From Candidatus Undinarchaeota archaeon (GTDB lineage Archaea; SpSt-1190; JASMDC01), in assembly GCA_964519305.1 (NCBI GenBank), contig CAZFHY010000006.1, positions 89,835-153,834 of the forward strand: a stretch of DNA of 64,000 nt. Reading direction: 5' to 3'. How positions within the stretch are numbered: position 1 is the stretch's first letter; each line of letters opens with the position of its first letter. The notes beneath the pieces were generated by a model. It saw nothing but the letters and a program-made list of their open reading frames with translations, searched no databases and had not been told where the DNA came from. Of this stretch, positions 38,548-48,525 are shown piece by piece. Both the position numbers and the translations under genes were made by a program.

Positions 38548-38595
38548 AAGGGGCTCCTCCGAGCTAAGGTTTAATTGTGTTTCTGGAAGGTTGCC

Positions 38596-38775
38596 TCAGA
38601 CCTTATCCTTTGGCGCTTCTGCGTTGGCAATAAGGGCACCCTCGTTCTCATCCAGGGATTCGCCCCGTCGGAGCTTGTCCATGACGATCATCGCCTGGTC
38701 GAAGTAACTGCTGTAGAGCATCAGAAGAGGTAGGCAGAAGAGGATCGCCACCACTAGTGCAGCGGCGTGGAACAT
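38596..38775 (-). CDS. Small membrane protein (59 aa, absent from ORF track)
   Basis: MFHAAALVAILFCLPLLMLYSSYFDQ...; ATG 6 nt after the lonB stop. Confidence 0.55.
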   Translation of the reverse strand: MFHAAALVVAILFCLPLLMLYSSYFDQAMIVMDKLRRGESLDENEGALIANAEAPKDKV

Positions 38776-38781
38776 GGGCGC

Positions 38782-40635
38782 TCACACCGTGGGGACCGGG
38801 CCGGGAACAACTTCAGTTGTATGCCGCGCCAGTCGCTTGATCTTGTTGATGACGTCCTTCTTATCCTTCCAGATCAGTGCGTGCTCGAGCACATCGCTGA
38901 TCGTGTCCACGGGGACGATCTCGATAAGCCCCTTCTTGTCATCATCCAACAGCACATCCTTGAGGTTGGCGGCAGGGATGAGCACCTTCTTGAGGCCTGC
39001 CTCGATAGCAGCCTCGATCTTGGACGTGACACCTCCCACAGGAAGCACGTCGCCCCGTACGGACAGGGATCCCGTCATGGCCACGCTCTGGCGGATGGCT
39101 ACCTGCTCCAGAGCAGATACCACGGCGGTGACCACAGAGATACTGGCCGAATCACCCTCCACCCCCTCATAGGTCTGAAGGAACTGGATATGGACATCGA
39201 AGTTGGCGATGTCCTTCCCGAAGTACTTCTTGATGGGGGCTGAGACGTTCTTGATCGCTTCCTTGGCGATCTCGCCCAGCTTTCCCGTGGCGATTATCCT
39301 TGACGACTCGCGGGCCATCGAAGGGGTGACGTTGGCGACGATGGGGAGCACGATGCCCGAGTCACCGAACACGGCCAGGCCGTTGACCTTCCCAACGTTG
39401 GTGCCTGTGGCGCGGAACACCTTGTATTCCTTCTTCTCCTCGATGTACTTGTCGGCGATCTGCTGCTCAAGGGTTCGGGCGAACACCTTGGCCTTGGTGA
39501 TGTGGGACGGGTTCACGAGGTCGCAATCCTCGGCCTTTGCGATGTCGCCCGCGGCGCGCACCAGGCCTCCGAGCTCACGGAGTCGGAGGGTGAGGTGGCC
39601 CTTGCGGTTGGCCCGTCGACGTGCCTCGTAGATCACCAGCTCGATGGCCTCCTTGGAGAAGTGTGGGATCTTGCCGTCCTTCGTCACTTCCTGGGCCACG
39701 AACCGGGCGACCTTCAGCTGGTTCGCCTCGCTGTCGGGGATGGTGTCGTTCATGTACACCTCGTACCCGTAACCACGGATGCGCGAGCGCAGAGCAGGAT
39801 TCATACCCTCGATGGTCTTGACGTTACCGGCTGCTACGAGCACGAAGTCACAGGGCACGGGCTTGGTGCGTACCATGGCCCCCGACGACCGCTCACTGCG
39901 ACCCGTGATGGAGTATTTCTTCTCCTGCATCGCGGAGAGCAGGTCGATCTGCATCTCCGGTTTAAGGGTGGCGATCTCGTCGATGAACAGCACGCCCTTG
40001 TGCGCACGGTGGATCGAGCCGGCCTCCACGCGGTCGTGGGCAGGCGTCTCCAGCCCTCCGGACTGGAAGGGGTCATGCCGCACGTCGCCCAGTAGCGATC
40101 CCTCGTGCGCCCCGGTGGCGTCCACGAAGGGCGCCTTCTCGCCCCGCCTGTGAGTGAGGAGGAGCTTGGGCACCTTTGACTTGGTCTTTGAGCGAAGGTA
40201 CTGGAATGGCACGAACAGTAGAGCGGCAGCGATGATGCCTGTGAGCAGCTGTCCGGTGAAGAACCCGTACCAGATCAGACAGAATATGAGCATGAGGGCG
40301 ATGAGGTTGCGCAGGGACTCGGTCTTGTTCACCTCGTTCTTGTAGGATGATACGATGAGCTTACCCTGGCCGGCCTTGACGGTCTTTACGAGTGGCTCGT
40401 TATCGTCCTCCGAGTTAGGGAACACGATGACGTCCTCTAGCTCTTCTCGGGAGATGAGCTCGGCCATCCCTTGGGCCAGCATGGACTTGCCCGTGCCGGG
40501 TTCGCCGATGAGCATGACGTGGCGCCGCTGGAGCGCGGCCTTCTTCATGACCTCCACTCCGCGCTCTTGACCTATCACCTGGTCAATGATCCCCTCAGGG
40601 ACCTCGACGTCCCGTGTGGACTCTGGTAACTCCAC
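38782..40635 (-). CDS. lonB: Archaeal membrane-bound Lon protease LonB
   Basis: [10 protein letters not shown] insert, [29 protein letters not shown]. Confidence 0.97.
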   Translation of the reverse strand: MELPESTRDVEVPEGIIDQVIGQERGVEVMKKAALQRRHVMLIGEPGTGKSMLAQGMAELISREELEDVIVFPNSEDDNEPLVKTVKAGQGKLIVSSYKNEVNKTESLRNLIALMLIFCLIWYGFFTGQLLTGIIAAALLFVPFQYLRSKTKSKVPKLLLTHRRGEKAPFVDATGAHEGSLLGDVRHDPFQSGGLETPAHDRVEAGSIHRAHKGVLFIDEIATLKPEMQIDLLSAMQEKKYSITGRSERSSGAMVRTKPVPCDFVLVAAGNVKTIEGMNPALRSRIRGYGYEVYMNDTIPDSEANQLKVARFVAQEVTKDGKIPHFSKEAIELVIYEARRRANRKGHLTLRLRELGGLVRAAGDIAKAEDCDLVNPSHITKAKVFARTLEQQIADKYIEEKKEYKVFRATGTNVGKVNGLAVFGDSGIVLPIVANVTPSMARESSRIIATGKLGEIAKEAIKNVSAPIKKYFGKDIANFDVHIQFLQTYEGVEGDSASISVVTAVVSALEQVAIRQSVAMTGSLSVRGDVLPVGGVTSKIEAAIEAGLKKVLIPAANLKDVLLDDDKKGLIEIVPVDTISDVLEHALIWKDKKDVINKIKRLARHTTEVVPGPVPTV

Positions 40636-40689
40636 AGTGCTAGAACTACCGTCACGACTTATAACACTTTTCGTTGGGAGCGGGCAGGT

Positions 40690-40989
40690 CTACTCTTCTC
40701 CGGCCACCTCGGTGGCCTCAGCGATTTCCTGGTCGCGGGATGCGAACTCCATGGAATGGCTGATGATCATGACGTCCCCGACGGCCTTGACCGCCTTGTG
40801 GGGCACGATGACGGCGCGCACGTTCTTGAGCGCCTTGCTCAGAAGGCTGTCGGGAGTGGACTTCACCACCCATCCATTGATCATGTACTTGCCGAGGACC
40901 GCATCCCCGATCTTACCGAAGTACATGCCTGCGTCGGTAAAAACGTCGATGTCATAGATATCGGATAGGCGCTTGATGGTGACGACCAT
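40690..40989 (-). CDS. PRC-barrel domain protein
   Basis: DVFTDAGMYFGKIGD...IVPHKAVKAVGDVMII. Confidence 0.88.
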   Translation of the reverse strand: MVVTIKRLSDIYDIDVFTDAGMYFGKIGDAVLGKYMINGWVVKSTPDSLLSKALKNVRAVIVPHKAVKAVGDVMIISHSMEFASRDQEIAEATEVAGEE

Positions 40990-41051
40990 ATTGTGTAACC
41001 CCGCATCCGCTACCGACACCTTTTTTTATAAATCTATCATTTTCGATCCTC

Positions 41052-41948
41052 ATGGGCATGATATACCTGGTGGGTAGCTCCCACGTTTCAGCTTCGGGCG
41101 CCGATCAGGTAGCGGATGCCATTCGCAGGGTCCGTCCGGACGTTGTCGCTGTCGAACTGTGCTACAAGCGCTACCATGTATTACGCGAGCATGGCGGTGC
41201 ACCACCTATCCCCCCATTCCGCGAAGGCATCCGTGAGCTCGGTGTGCGAAGGTACCTTCTGGTTTGGTTCCTCTCCCGGCTCCAGGAGCATTATGCACGA
41301 TTAGCGGGTGCGCCCGTCGGGACCGACATGCTCCACGCTCTGGACGCAGCAGCGGAGGATGCCGTGCCCATCGCCTTGGTGGACGATGACATTGACGCCA
41401 CTATAGATAGGCTCGTGAACGCAGTGGGGCTGCGTGATGTCTTTACACTGATATGGATGGGCTTCAAGGGAGATCCCTGGATCAACAGGTTCGATATCAC
41501 GAGCATCCCTGAGGATGACCTTGTCGAAGAGATGCTGGAGGAGCTCGAACGCGCCTTCCCGAAAGTGCATGACGTGCTCGTGCGACGGCGGAACCTCCGC
41601 ATGGCCTCACGGCTCATGACCGTGGCGGACGCCCGAGGTACGGTGTTGGCGGTACTGGGTGCAGGTCATAAACAGGGTGTTGCCAAGCTTCTTGAAGGAG
41701 GCCCTCACACGGTCATTGTGGTCGGGCCCGACACGGCCCTCCCTGACTCGGATACTCCCCGCCTCACGGTGAAGCTATCACTTCCGGGGGAACCGCCTCT
41801 ACCTGGCAAGGACCTATCTGCCGCGGATGCGGAAGTGGGCGGAGAGGTTGTTGAATCCCTCGCTCACACCGACGTGGGTTCCGCGGTAGTAGCCGATGAC
41901 CCCGCCCGAGACGATGCCCAGCACGAGCACGAAAATGTAGAACCCTAA
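41052..41948 (+). CDS. TraB/PrgY family protein
   Basis: LVGSSHVS, PDVVAVELC..R, RRN..M, VLGAGH; atypical C-terminal extension. Confidence 0.88.
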   Translation: MGMIYLVGSSHVSASGADQVADAIRRVRPDVVAVELCYKRYHVLREHGGAPPIPPFREGIRELGVRRYLLVWFLSRLQEHYARLAGAPVGTDMLHALDAAAEDAVPIALVDDDIDATIDRLVNAVGLRDVFTLIWMGFKGDPWINRFDITSIPEDDLVEEMLEELERAFPKVHDVLVRRRNLRMASRLMTVADARGTVLAVLGAGHKQGVAKLLEGGPHTVIVVGPDTALPDSDTPRLTVKLSLPGEPPLPGKDLSAADAEVGGEVVESLAHTDVGSAVVADDPARDDAQHEHENVEP

Positions 41949-41960
41949 TGCTCCGGCCAT
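41814..41960 (-). CDS. Small single-TM protein (48 aa, absent from ORF track)
   Basis: MAGALGFYIFVLVLGIVSGGVIGYYRG...; TATA box at about 41987-41996. Confidence 0.5.
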   Translation of the reverse strand: MAGALGFYIFVLVLGIVSGGVIGYYRGTHVGVSEGFNNLSAHFRIRGR

Positions 41961-42035
41961 GGTACGCTATGTTGTACCACAAAAGGTATATAAAATATGC
42001 GGATTAGCTATCGCCCGTCCCCGGAGAGAGGCATC

Positions 42036-42380
42036 ATGGTCGTACGAACCACACGCGGAATTACCCGAAGCTTGAAGCAGGAGATAACCCTTCTAAGGCG
42101 TCATGTGGAGATCCTGAGCGTTCTCCTTGAGACGAAAGAGCCATTAGGCATCCTGCGCCTCTCGGATCGCACCAACTACTCACCTCACAAGGTGCGCTAC
42201 ACTCTCCGAACTCTCGAGCACGAGAAGCTCATCAAACCCAGTACCCGCGGGGCCGAGGTCACCGAGGAGCTCGGTATATTCGTGGAGGACCTCATCCGTG
42301 ATCTTTCCACTATTCGCGACGAGCTCAATGAAGTGTACAAGACCGTCCAGCGCGTACGCGAGGAATACCCCCGACGATAG
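42036..42380 (+). CDS. Winged-helix transcriptional regulator (archaeal family)
   Basis: RHVEIL..PLGILRLS....PHKVRYTLR.LE...LIKPS..GA. Confidence 0.85.
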   Translation: MVVRTTRGITRSLKQEITLLRRHVEILSVLLETKEPLGILRLSDRTNYSPHKVRYTLRTLEHEKLIKPSTRGAEVTEELGIFVEDLIRDLSTIRDELNEVYKTVQRVREEYPRR

Positions 42381-42440
42381 GATGGGCCCAGAGGGCCTCG
42401 TCGGTTCATTCATACCCTTAGTAGTGCTTACGGGGCTCCC

Positions 42441-42785
42441 ATGACCGTTCAGTTAGTACTCATCGTTATCCTGTTCGTTCTGATTCTCCTCTGGCTACGC
42501 ATGACCCTGCTGCCCGACCACGTGGGCACGGTTACCGCGATCGGGGGAACTGTGGCCTGTGCCGAGGGCGATAGCGCCACCTGTGCTCGTCAGACAGTGG
42601 GTGGCTCCGCTGTTAAAGTGAGCGTTGACATTGGGGACGAGACCGTGGAGGCCGAGTGCTCAGGGTGCGTACTGTGCATGGGCGACCTTCGGGAGGGATA
42701 CCCTGTGGGCGTTACCCGCATCGGCTCTCGCCTCATCGCCCAGCCTCTGTTGTTCCCCTCTCTCCAGAAGAGGTGGATGTCATAG
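42441..42785 (+). CDS. Membrane-anchored Cys-containing small beta protein
   Basis: N-terminal TM; ECSGCVLC; OB-like pattern. Confidence 0.6.
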   Translation: MTVQLVLIVILFVLILLWLRMTLLPDHVGTVTAIGGTVACAEGDSATCARQTVGGSAVKVSVDIGDETVEAECSGCVLCMGDLREGYPVGVTRIGSRLIAQPLLFPSLQKRWMS

Positions 42786-43432
42786 TCGCGGAGGGGCTCG
42801 ATTTAGTAGGGGCCTTCGTGCTGGGACTTGCCCAGGGTGCGGGGCCCTGCCTGGGTATCTGTGCTCCGATAATCTTCCCTCTCACCGCTGCTACCGCGGG
42901 AAGCGCTCGGGAGGGGTTCATTGTCGCTGGCCTTGCCGCATTGGGACGGCTCTTGGCGTACGTCGTCCTGGGTGCGGGCGCGGGGCTCCTGGGGGGTGCT
43001 GTCCAGGCCTTCGCCGAGGGAGGTGGTGCATGGCATGTGTACATGGCCTGCGGATTCGCTTCGGGGGTACTCGGTGGTTATTACTTGGTGAAGGCCCACA
43101 CATGCGCCTGCATCGAGCTGGGGGTCACCAATCCCTTCATCCTTGGAGTTCTCCTGGGACTGGCCCCGTGCGCACCGCTCACCCTCATCCTCGTACAGGC
43201 CTTCGCCACGGGATCCGCGTTCTATGGCGTGGTCCTGGTGATCGTGTTCGGCATCGCCAGCTCGCTCCCGCTCCTTCTTGGCGGGGGTTTTGTGGGTCAT
43301 CTCGTGCGTCATATCCAGACGGGGGGCGATTTCTCAAGGAACGTACAGCGTGTCAGTGGCGTTCTACTAATCATGGCCGGGGCCAAGTTCCTGCTGATGG
43401 CCAGGGCCGTGGAACTGGTCGCAGGACCCTGA
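42773..43432 (+). CDS. DsbD_2/CcdA-like (sulfite exporter TauE-related) membrane protein
   Basis: GPCLGICAP, GRLLAY..LG, GLAPCAP, FGIAS. Confidence 0.8.
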   Translation: MDVIVAEGLDLVGAFVLGLAQGAGPCLGICAPIIFPLTAATAGSAREGFIVAGLAALGRLLAYVVLGAGAGLLGGAVQAFAEGGGAWHVYMACGFASGVLGGYYLVKAHTCACIELGVTNPFILGVLLGLAPCAPLTLILVQAFATGSAFYGVVLVIVFGIASSLPLLLGGGFVGHLVRHIQTGGDFSRNVQRVSGVLLIMAGAKFLLMARAVELVAGP

Positions 43433-43434
43433 GA

Positions 43435-44355
43435 TCATTCCTCGGGACGCTCGACCCTCACCTTCAGGACCTTGCTACCGAAGATGGGGAAGGTCCGTCC
43501 GCTCTCGACCTTCAGTTCGTACGCTCCCTGCTCGTCTTTGCCCTTGAAAGTGAGCCTGTCAGTGGATTCTAGTCGCCACCCGCCGACGTGCCCGTTATTG
43601 AACCGTTCCTCAGAATGAACGACCCAGACCTCATCGAGCGCCTCTACGGTCTCGAGCACTTGACCAATGGGTGTTGTGTCCCAGTGGTCGATGGGGGGCA
43701 GACCGTACCGGCTACCGCCCTTACCGAACACCGGTCTCGGCCTGTCGAGCTTACGTGAGATAGGGGCATCGGTTATCGTGACGTCGTACGAGGATGTACC
43801 CAGGTTCCATCCCATGTGGGCGTCGATGACGGCGTACCGCTCCTCGTGCTCACGAGACTTCATGACGAAAGAACCCCACTGCTGGAATGATTGACCCAAG
43901 ACCGATCCGAGGACCGATGTGTAGTCGGGTAGGGATCCGAAGAACGAGATGTGGTCTACCGAGTCCATGGCCGCGACCTTGTCCGCCGCATCGGTGGCCG
44001 TCGTGTACTCCCAGTGGTCCACCGGTGGGACCTGATAGGGGCCGCCGCCGCCCTGCTTGAAGACCGGTCGGGGCGAAGAGAGCTCTATGGTCTCGTCCTT
44101 CCCCTCGATGCTTGCCCGTTTTGATATGTAGTACTCGTCACCGAGGTCGTTAAGTGCGGTCTCGAGCGTCCCCTTCCGGTCGCCATGACAGCGATAGGTC
44201 GTCGTGTGAGACTCCCCGGGGGGGCTCCTGAGGACATGTTCCTTTGACAGATAGAGCCCTGGTGCGGCCTCTTGGAGGTCGGACAGCGCATCAATGAGCG
44301 CCTCGCGGTACCCTCCTTCCATCGAATAATCCTTGACCAGGTCCTCAGCGAGCAT
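43435..44355 (-). CDS. Hypothetical protein with internal duplication
   Basis: RPVF..GG..Y..PP.DHW occurs twice. Confidence 0.7.
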   Translation of the reverse strand: MLAEDLVKDYSMEGGYREALIDALSDLQEAAPGLYLSKEHVLRSPPGESHTTTYRCHGDRKGTLETALNDLGDEYYISKRASIEGKDETIELSSPRPVFKQGGGGPYQVPPVDHWEYTTATDAADKVAAMDSVDHISFFGSLPDYTSVLGSVLGQSFQQWGSFVMKSREHEERYAVIDAHMGWNLGTSSYDVTITDAPISRKLDRPRPVFGKGGSRYGLPPIDHWDTTPIGQVLETVEALDEVWVVHSEERFNNGHVGGWRLESTDRLTFKGKDEQGAYELKVESGRTFPIFGSKVLKVRVERPEE

Positions 44356-44403
44356 GGGGCGCCCGGCGTGGTGGCCGATTGATAAACCTTTCGATGGGTC
44401 GCG

Positions 44404-46509
44404 CTATCCCACCGAGCCCTTCAAGGAATCCTTGTCCTGGAAGAAGGGATCGACTTCACCCTCATCCTCAAGCTCCTCTTCGACCTCCCTCTTCTTGGAC
44501 AGCGCAGTCATCTTGGCGCTGATGATGTCCACGGGCTTGAGGAGTTTGCCCAGGATATCGATCAATACCGAGCCCACTGTCTTCTTTTTTGGCTTCACGG
44601 CCTCGCCGCCTTCACCATAGCGAGACACTTGGGCCGCTAGTCGCTCCGCCTCGATTTCTTCGTCGCTCTTTCGTCGGAAGGTCTTGTATAGGGCATCGCG
44701 CATCGGTACTAGCGAACGGGTCAAAGAGCCGAAAATACCCCTGACCTGGGCGACCAGACCGCTCTCCTCCTCATCGGCCTCCACCATCTCCGCCTCGGCC
44801 TCGATCTCCTCCTTGGTCTTCTCCCGCTCGGGTGTGAGGATCGCACGGATCGTAACGACGAGCTTGTCCACTGGTGCGAACACGGAACCCATGGTCAGCG
44901 CGATCCGTTTCAGGATAGTGGGTCCTTGTTGGGTCTCCTCGATCATCGACTCCATTCGGTTCTCTTCGGCCTTCATACGCTCCATTTCTACTTCTTCTTC
45001 TGTCTTCTCCCTGGTCAGGTTGGCTAATCCCTCGGTAATGGGGCGGAACGTCTTGGCAATGGTGATGAAAATCCGTCGGAAGTGGAGCTGGAGGGCGGAC
45101 ATCTCTTCCTCTTTAAGGACGTTCCCGAACTCATCCCGCTCGACCTCCTCTTCCTCGGTCAGTGCTTTGTGCAGAGCCTTGAAGCTTTGTATGAGCCCCT
45201 CGAAGGGATGGGTGAGCTTGAACATCAACACCATAATCTTGGCACCGGTCGCGCTGGTCTCCTTCTCCTCGCTGAGCACCTGGTTGAGCTTCGCGGCCTG
45301 CTCACGCTCGGCCTCCAGCGCAGCCTGTTCATCAGGTGTCGGGAAGTACTTGTGCCGAGCTGCTGTTATCTGTTCAGCCAGTGCATTTGCCCGCGGCCTG
45401 ATGGTGTGGGTCACTCTCAGGGCGACATTCTTGACCCGTCGACCCACCTTCCTTTGTACGTTCTGGATTATCTGGAGGCGATGGAGGGCGTTGAGCACAT
45501 AGATGAGCCCGCCCAACGGCACGAGTGCAACACCGGCGACGATATAGATGGACAGACCGCTCATGAACGCGTACACGGTCCCACCTGCGCCGAGCAGCAT
45601 GACCGCGCTCGACATAGCCAGACCTGTCCGCACCTGACCGCTGTACTCGATCCACATGGCCTCACCCGTGGCGTTGAGCGTGTACCGATAGGTGTTCTTC
45701 TCGTGACAGTCCTTGATAGAGGGGTAGGCCCGTCCACAGTTCATGCACGTGACGCCACTCACCGGGACGACGTATGTCTGACAGGAGGGGCAGGCCGAGT
45801 AACCCTCCTTCGACGGTTCCGGAACATCACACCCACATGAGGGACAAGTGTGCCGATCCGATACAACACCATAGCAATCGCAGAAGTGGGTCGTGGACAC
45901 CAGTGTCTTGGTGACGCGACCCTTCGCAGTGAGGACCTTGAATATACCGAGAAGCATGCGCGTGGGGATGTCCCATGTATCCATGGTGATGTACAGTTGG
46001 CCGCCGAACTCGTCCACTAGCACATCGTTGGACATGAGGAACGTGAAGGTCTTTCGTTTCAGGTCCGTGCGGAACCACGACTGCGCTATCTCGTCATAGA
46101 GGTTATAGGGCAGGAAGCTTGGATCGAGCGCAATGGCCTGCTTGTAGCACGTGACCGTCTGCTTGATGGCACCGTAATTGTAGTACGCTCGCCCGAGTAG
46201 GTACCATGCATCACCTGACTCTTGGTCCTGTTGGATCGCATTGTTCAGCGCGTTGATGGCGTCCAAGGGCTTATTGGCCTCGATGAAGGCATTACCAAGT
46301 GCGTTCCATGCTTCGACGAATTCAGGGGTCAGGTCGACGGCCGCCTGGAACGCCTCGATAGCTTTGGGATAGTCCTGCTTGCTCATTAAGTCCTGGCCGG
46401 CGGAATATTTGGTCTTGGCATAGGTGGTGTCCTTCGTGGCCTCATCGCGGTAGTACTTATAGGCGCTCTTCCCGCCCTCGGCCGGTACCGCTTGGTTCGC
46501 TTGGTCCAT
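44404..46509 (-). CDS. TPR + zinc-ribbon + 2TM membrane protein with repetitive acidic tail
   Basis: AWNALGNAF and AWYLLGRAY TPRs; four CxxC pairs; two TM helices; helical repeats. Confidence 0.8.
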   Translation of the reverse strand: MDQANQAVPAEGGKSAYKYYRDEATKDTTYAKTKYSAGQDLMSKQDYPKAIEAFQAAVDLTPEFVEAWNALGNAFIEANKPLDAINALNNAIQQDQESGDAWYLLGRAYYNYGAIKQTVTCYKQAIALDPSFLPYNLYDEIAQSWFRTDLKRKTFTFLMSNDVLVDEFGGQLYITMDTWDIPTRMLLGIFKVLTAKGRVTKTLVSTTHFCDCYGVVSDRHTCPSCGCDVPEPSKEGYSACPSCQTYVVPVSGVTCMNCGRAYPSIKDCHEKNTYRYTLNATGEAMWIEYSGQVRTGLAMSSAVMLLGAGGTVYAFMSGLSIYIVAGVALVPLGGLIYVLNALHRLQIIQNVQRKVGRRVKNVALRVTHTIRPRANALAEQITAARHKYFPTPDEQAALEAEREQAAKLNQVLSEEKETSATGAKIMVLMFKLTHPFEGLIQSFKALHKALTEEEEVERDEFGNVLKEEEMSALQLHFRRIFITIAKTFRPITEGLANLTREKTEEEVEMERMKAEENRMESMIEETQQGPTILKRIALTMGSVFAPVDKLVVTIRAILTPEREKTKEEIEAEAEMVEADEEESGLVAQVRGIFGSLTRSLVPMRDALYKTFRRKSDEEIEAERLAAQVSRYGEGGEAVKPKKKTVGSVLIDILGKLLKPVDIISAKMTALSKKREVEEELEDEGEVDPFFQDKDSLKGSVG

Positions 46510-46607
46510 CTTATCTCCCTGACTTTCCGTATTCGTTCCTCTAACTATCCGTTGCGTATTGCCTTTGGTAACCTTTAAAAAACTACAATGGGGAATAACT
46601 ACTGCAA

Positions 46608-46916
46608 GTGGCCGATATATGTAAGGTCTGTGGACTGCCTGAGGACCTTTGTGTCTGCGAGGCGATCGCGAAGGAGACCCAGAAGATCACCGTGAAAACG
46701 GTGACCCGGCGTTATGGGAAGAAGATTACGATAATAGAGGGTATTGAAGGCAAGCACATCGATACAAAGCAGCTTGCCAAGAAGCTGAAGTCCTACCTTG
46801 CTTGCGGAGGCACTCTGAAAAAGGATTCTATCGAACTCCAGGGTGCACAGGCACGCAAGGCGAAGGAGGCCCTCATCAAGTTCGGCTTCACCCCAGAGTC
46901 GGTCGTGGTGACCTAG
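46608..46916 (+). CDS. sui1: Translation initiation factor SUI1 (aIF1)
   Basis: CKVCGLPEDLCVCE, RRYGK, LACGGT, IELQG. Confidence 0.96.
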   Translation: MADICKVCGLPEDLCVCEAIAKETQKITVKTVTRRYGKKITIIEGIEGKHIDTKQLAKKLKSYLACGGTLKKDSIELQGAQARKAKEALIKFGFTPESVVVT

Positions 46917-46970
46917 TAACTCTACAGGTATCCACGGCAGCTGGTCTATCCTACGTCCTAGGAACGGCTA

Positions 46971-48044
46971 TCATCTGAACAATGGGAAGAGCGACAGCGC
47001 CACCTCGAACGGATCGGTGGTGATGATGCTCGATCCGTACAGCTCCATTGCGGCGACGTCGGAGCTGCGATGGGAAGGGTCACCCCGGTCCACCAAACGC
47101 ACTACTACCGGGAATCCCTCCCATCGCGGATCATCGGACGGCGGAATCGCAATAGCGAGGTTGAATGACCGGGTACCGAGCTTATGGAGATGATGGTCGA
47201 GCACCTTGAACACCGCTTCTTTCAGGTCGTCAGTTATCGTTGGGGACAGGAGTATGACCTCACGTTCCTTGATGGGTGTGAGGTTCACGAGCACCCGCAC
47301 ACCCCGCCACTCGCGACCTAGATCCAGCGTACACTGGAGCTCAGACAGGTCATCGAAATAGTCGGTGCCGTGCGCTTCCCGATAGCGAGCTGCAGCAGCC
47401 CGTAGGTGTTCCACGCGAGCGTAGTGGAGCCCTCTGGTGCACACGACCTGGGCATGCCCGTGAGTGATGGATGCTCCGCCCTTCCAGAGGCAGTTCCAGA
47501 TTATTAACACGTTCTGAGCATCCGGATCGAGCTGCCTGCACCGATCGGCCCAGGCGAGAGCGCAGTCGATGTAGTCGGCCACCCTCTCAGAAGAGATGTG
47601 GAGGGGATCGTGCTCGTCGAACACGATCAGACCATGGTAACCGTCGTACTTGGCGATGTTCGAGGCCGTGACGCAATGCTTGCCTTTCACTCGCCCGAAC
47701 GGATCCTCGGGAGTGAGCTCAAGGGGTGTGCAAAAGGGTCCTCCGCTGCTTCCGGTCACCTCATCCGACACGTCCCCATGGGGCTTGGCGTCAAGTGGGC
47801 GATGGGCTCGCAGGGGATTGAACAACGAGCCTTCACCCACCACGGTGTTCATCACGTGAACGATGGGCTGCGACGTCACAGCTTCAATGCTCCCGAACCG
47901 GTCCACCACCCACTCCTCCATCGGGGGAGGTACGCTCAGGGCTCCCGTGGATGATCGCACATCAAAGATGCGCTCCCACCGCGCACGGTTGTCGGCTGAC
48001 AACCGTTCGACGAGCTCTGGAAGATCGAGGACGGTGACGGTCAT
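46971..48044 (-). CDS. GalT/HIT-family nucleotidyltransferase-like protein
   Basis: FNPLRAHRP, WNC....GASITHGHAQ (HxHxQ). Confidence 0.75.
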   Translation of the reverse strand: MTVTVLDLPELVERLSADNRARWERIFDVRSSTGALSVPPPMEEWVVDRFGSIEAVTSQPIVHVMNTVVGEGSLFNPLRAHRPLDAKPHGDVSDEVTGSSGGPFCTPLELTPEDPFGRVKGKHCVTASNIAKYDGYHGLIVFDEHDPLHISSERVADYIDCALAWADRCRQLDPDAQNVLIIWNCLWKGGASITHGHAQVVCTRGLHYARVEHLRAAAARYREAHGTDYFDDLSELQCTLDLGREWRGVRVLVNLTPIKEREVILLSPTITDDLKEAVFKVLDHHLHKLGTRSFNLAIAIPPSDDPRWEGFPVVVRLVDRGDPSHRSSDVAAMELYGSSIITTDPFEVALSLFPLFR

Positions 48045-48133
48045 ATCCTCGATGGAGCCTAGGAGGTTTTTATGTGTTGGCGCCCCGGTCGCCGATGAAA
48101 TCCTTTAATTTCTTGGCGTTGATGAGCAGGTCT

Positions 48134-48394
48134 ATGGATGAGATCCCGATAGCCGCCATAGGCGAGAAGGCCAAGGACACTCTCAGGCAGGAGACCAGAC
48201 GCTTCCTGGAGATCGACCGGGAGGTCAACCAGGCTTTCCTGTTCGGCTTCATGGCCGGGGGACTCCTGGGGATCGCGATTGGCTACACCCTGCATGAGCT
48301 CGAGATCCAGCAGGATGTCGAGACCGCCAGCCAGTTCTCGTACGAGGACGTGGCGGAGGACATCAAGGACCGGCTCCGCACGGCTCTGCAGTAG
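48134..48394 (+). CDS. Small single-TM protein
   Basis: AFLFGFMAGGLLGIAIGY; TATA CTTTAATT upstream. Confidence 0.6.
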   Translation: MDEIPIAAIGEKAKDTLRQETRRFLEIDREVNQAFLFGFMAGGLLGIAIGYTLHELEIQQDVETASQFSYEDVAEDIKDRLRTALQ

Positions 48395-48525
48395 TGTCGT
48401 CGTCAGAACTTAAGTCCACTGCTCGGCCTAAGCATCACAGGTCCTGCTGTCATGCACTCCTATGTAGGATCGCTATATAGCGTCAAGGCTATGAACTAGT
48501 GGAATGCGCGTGATAGAATGATCGC

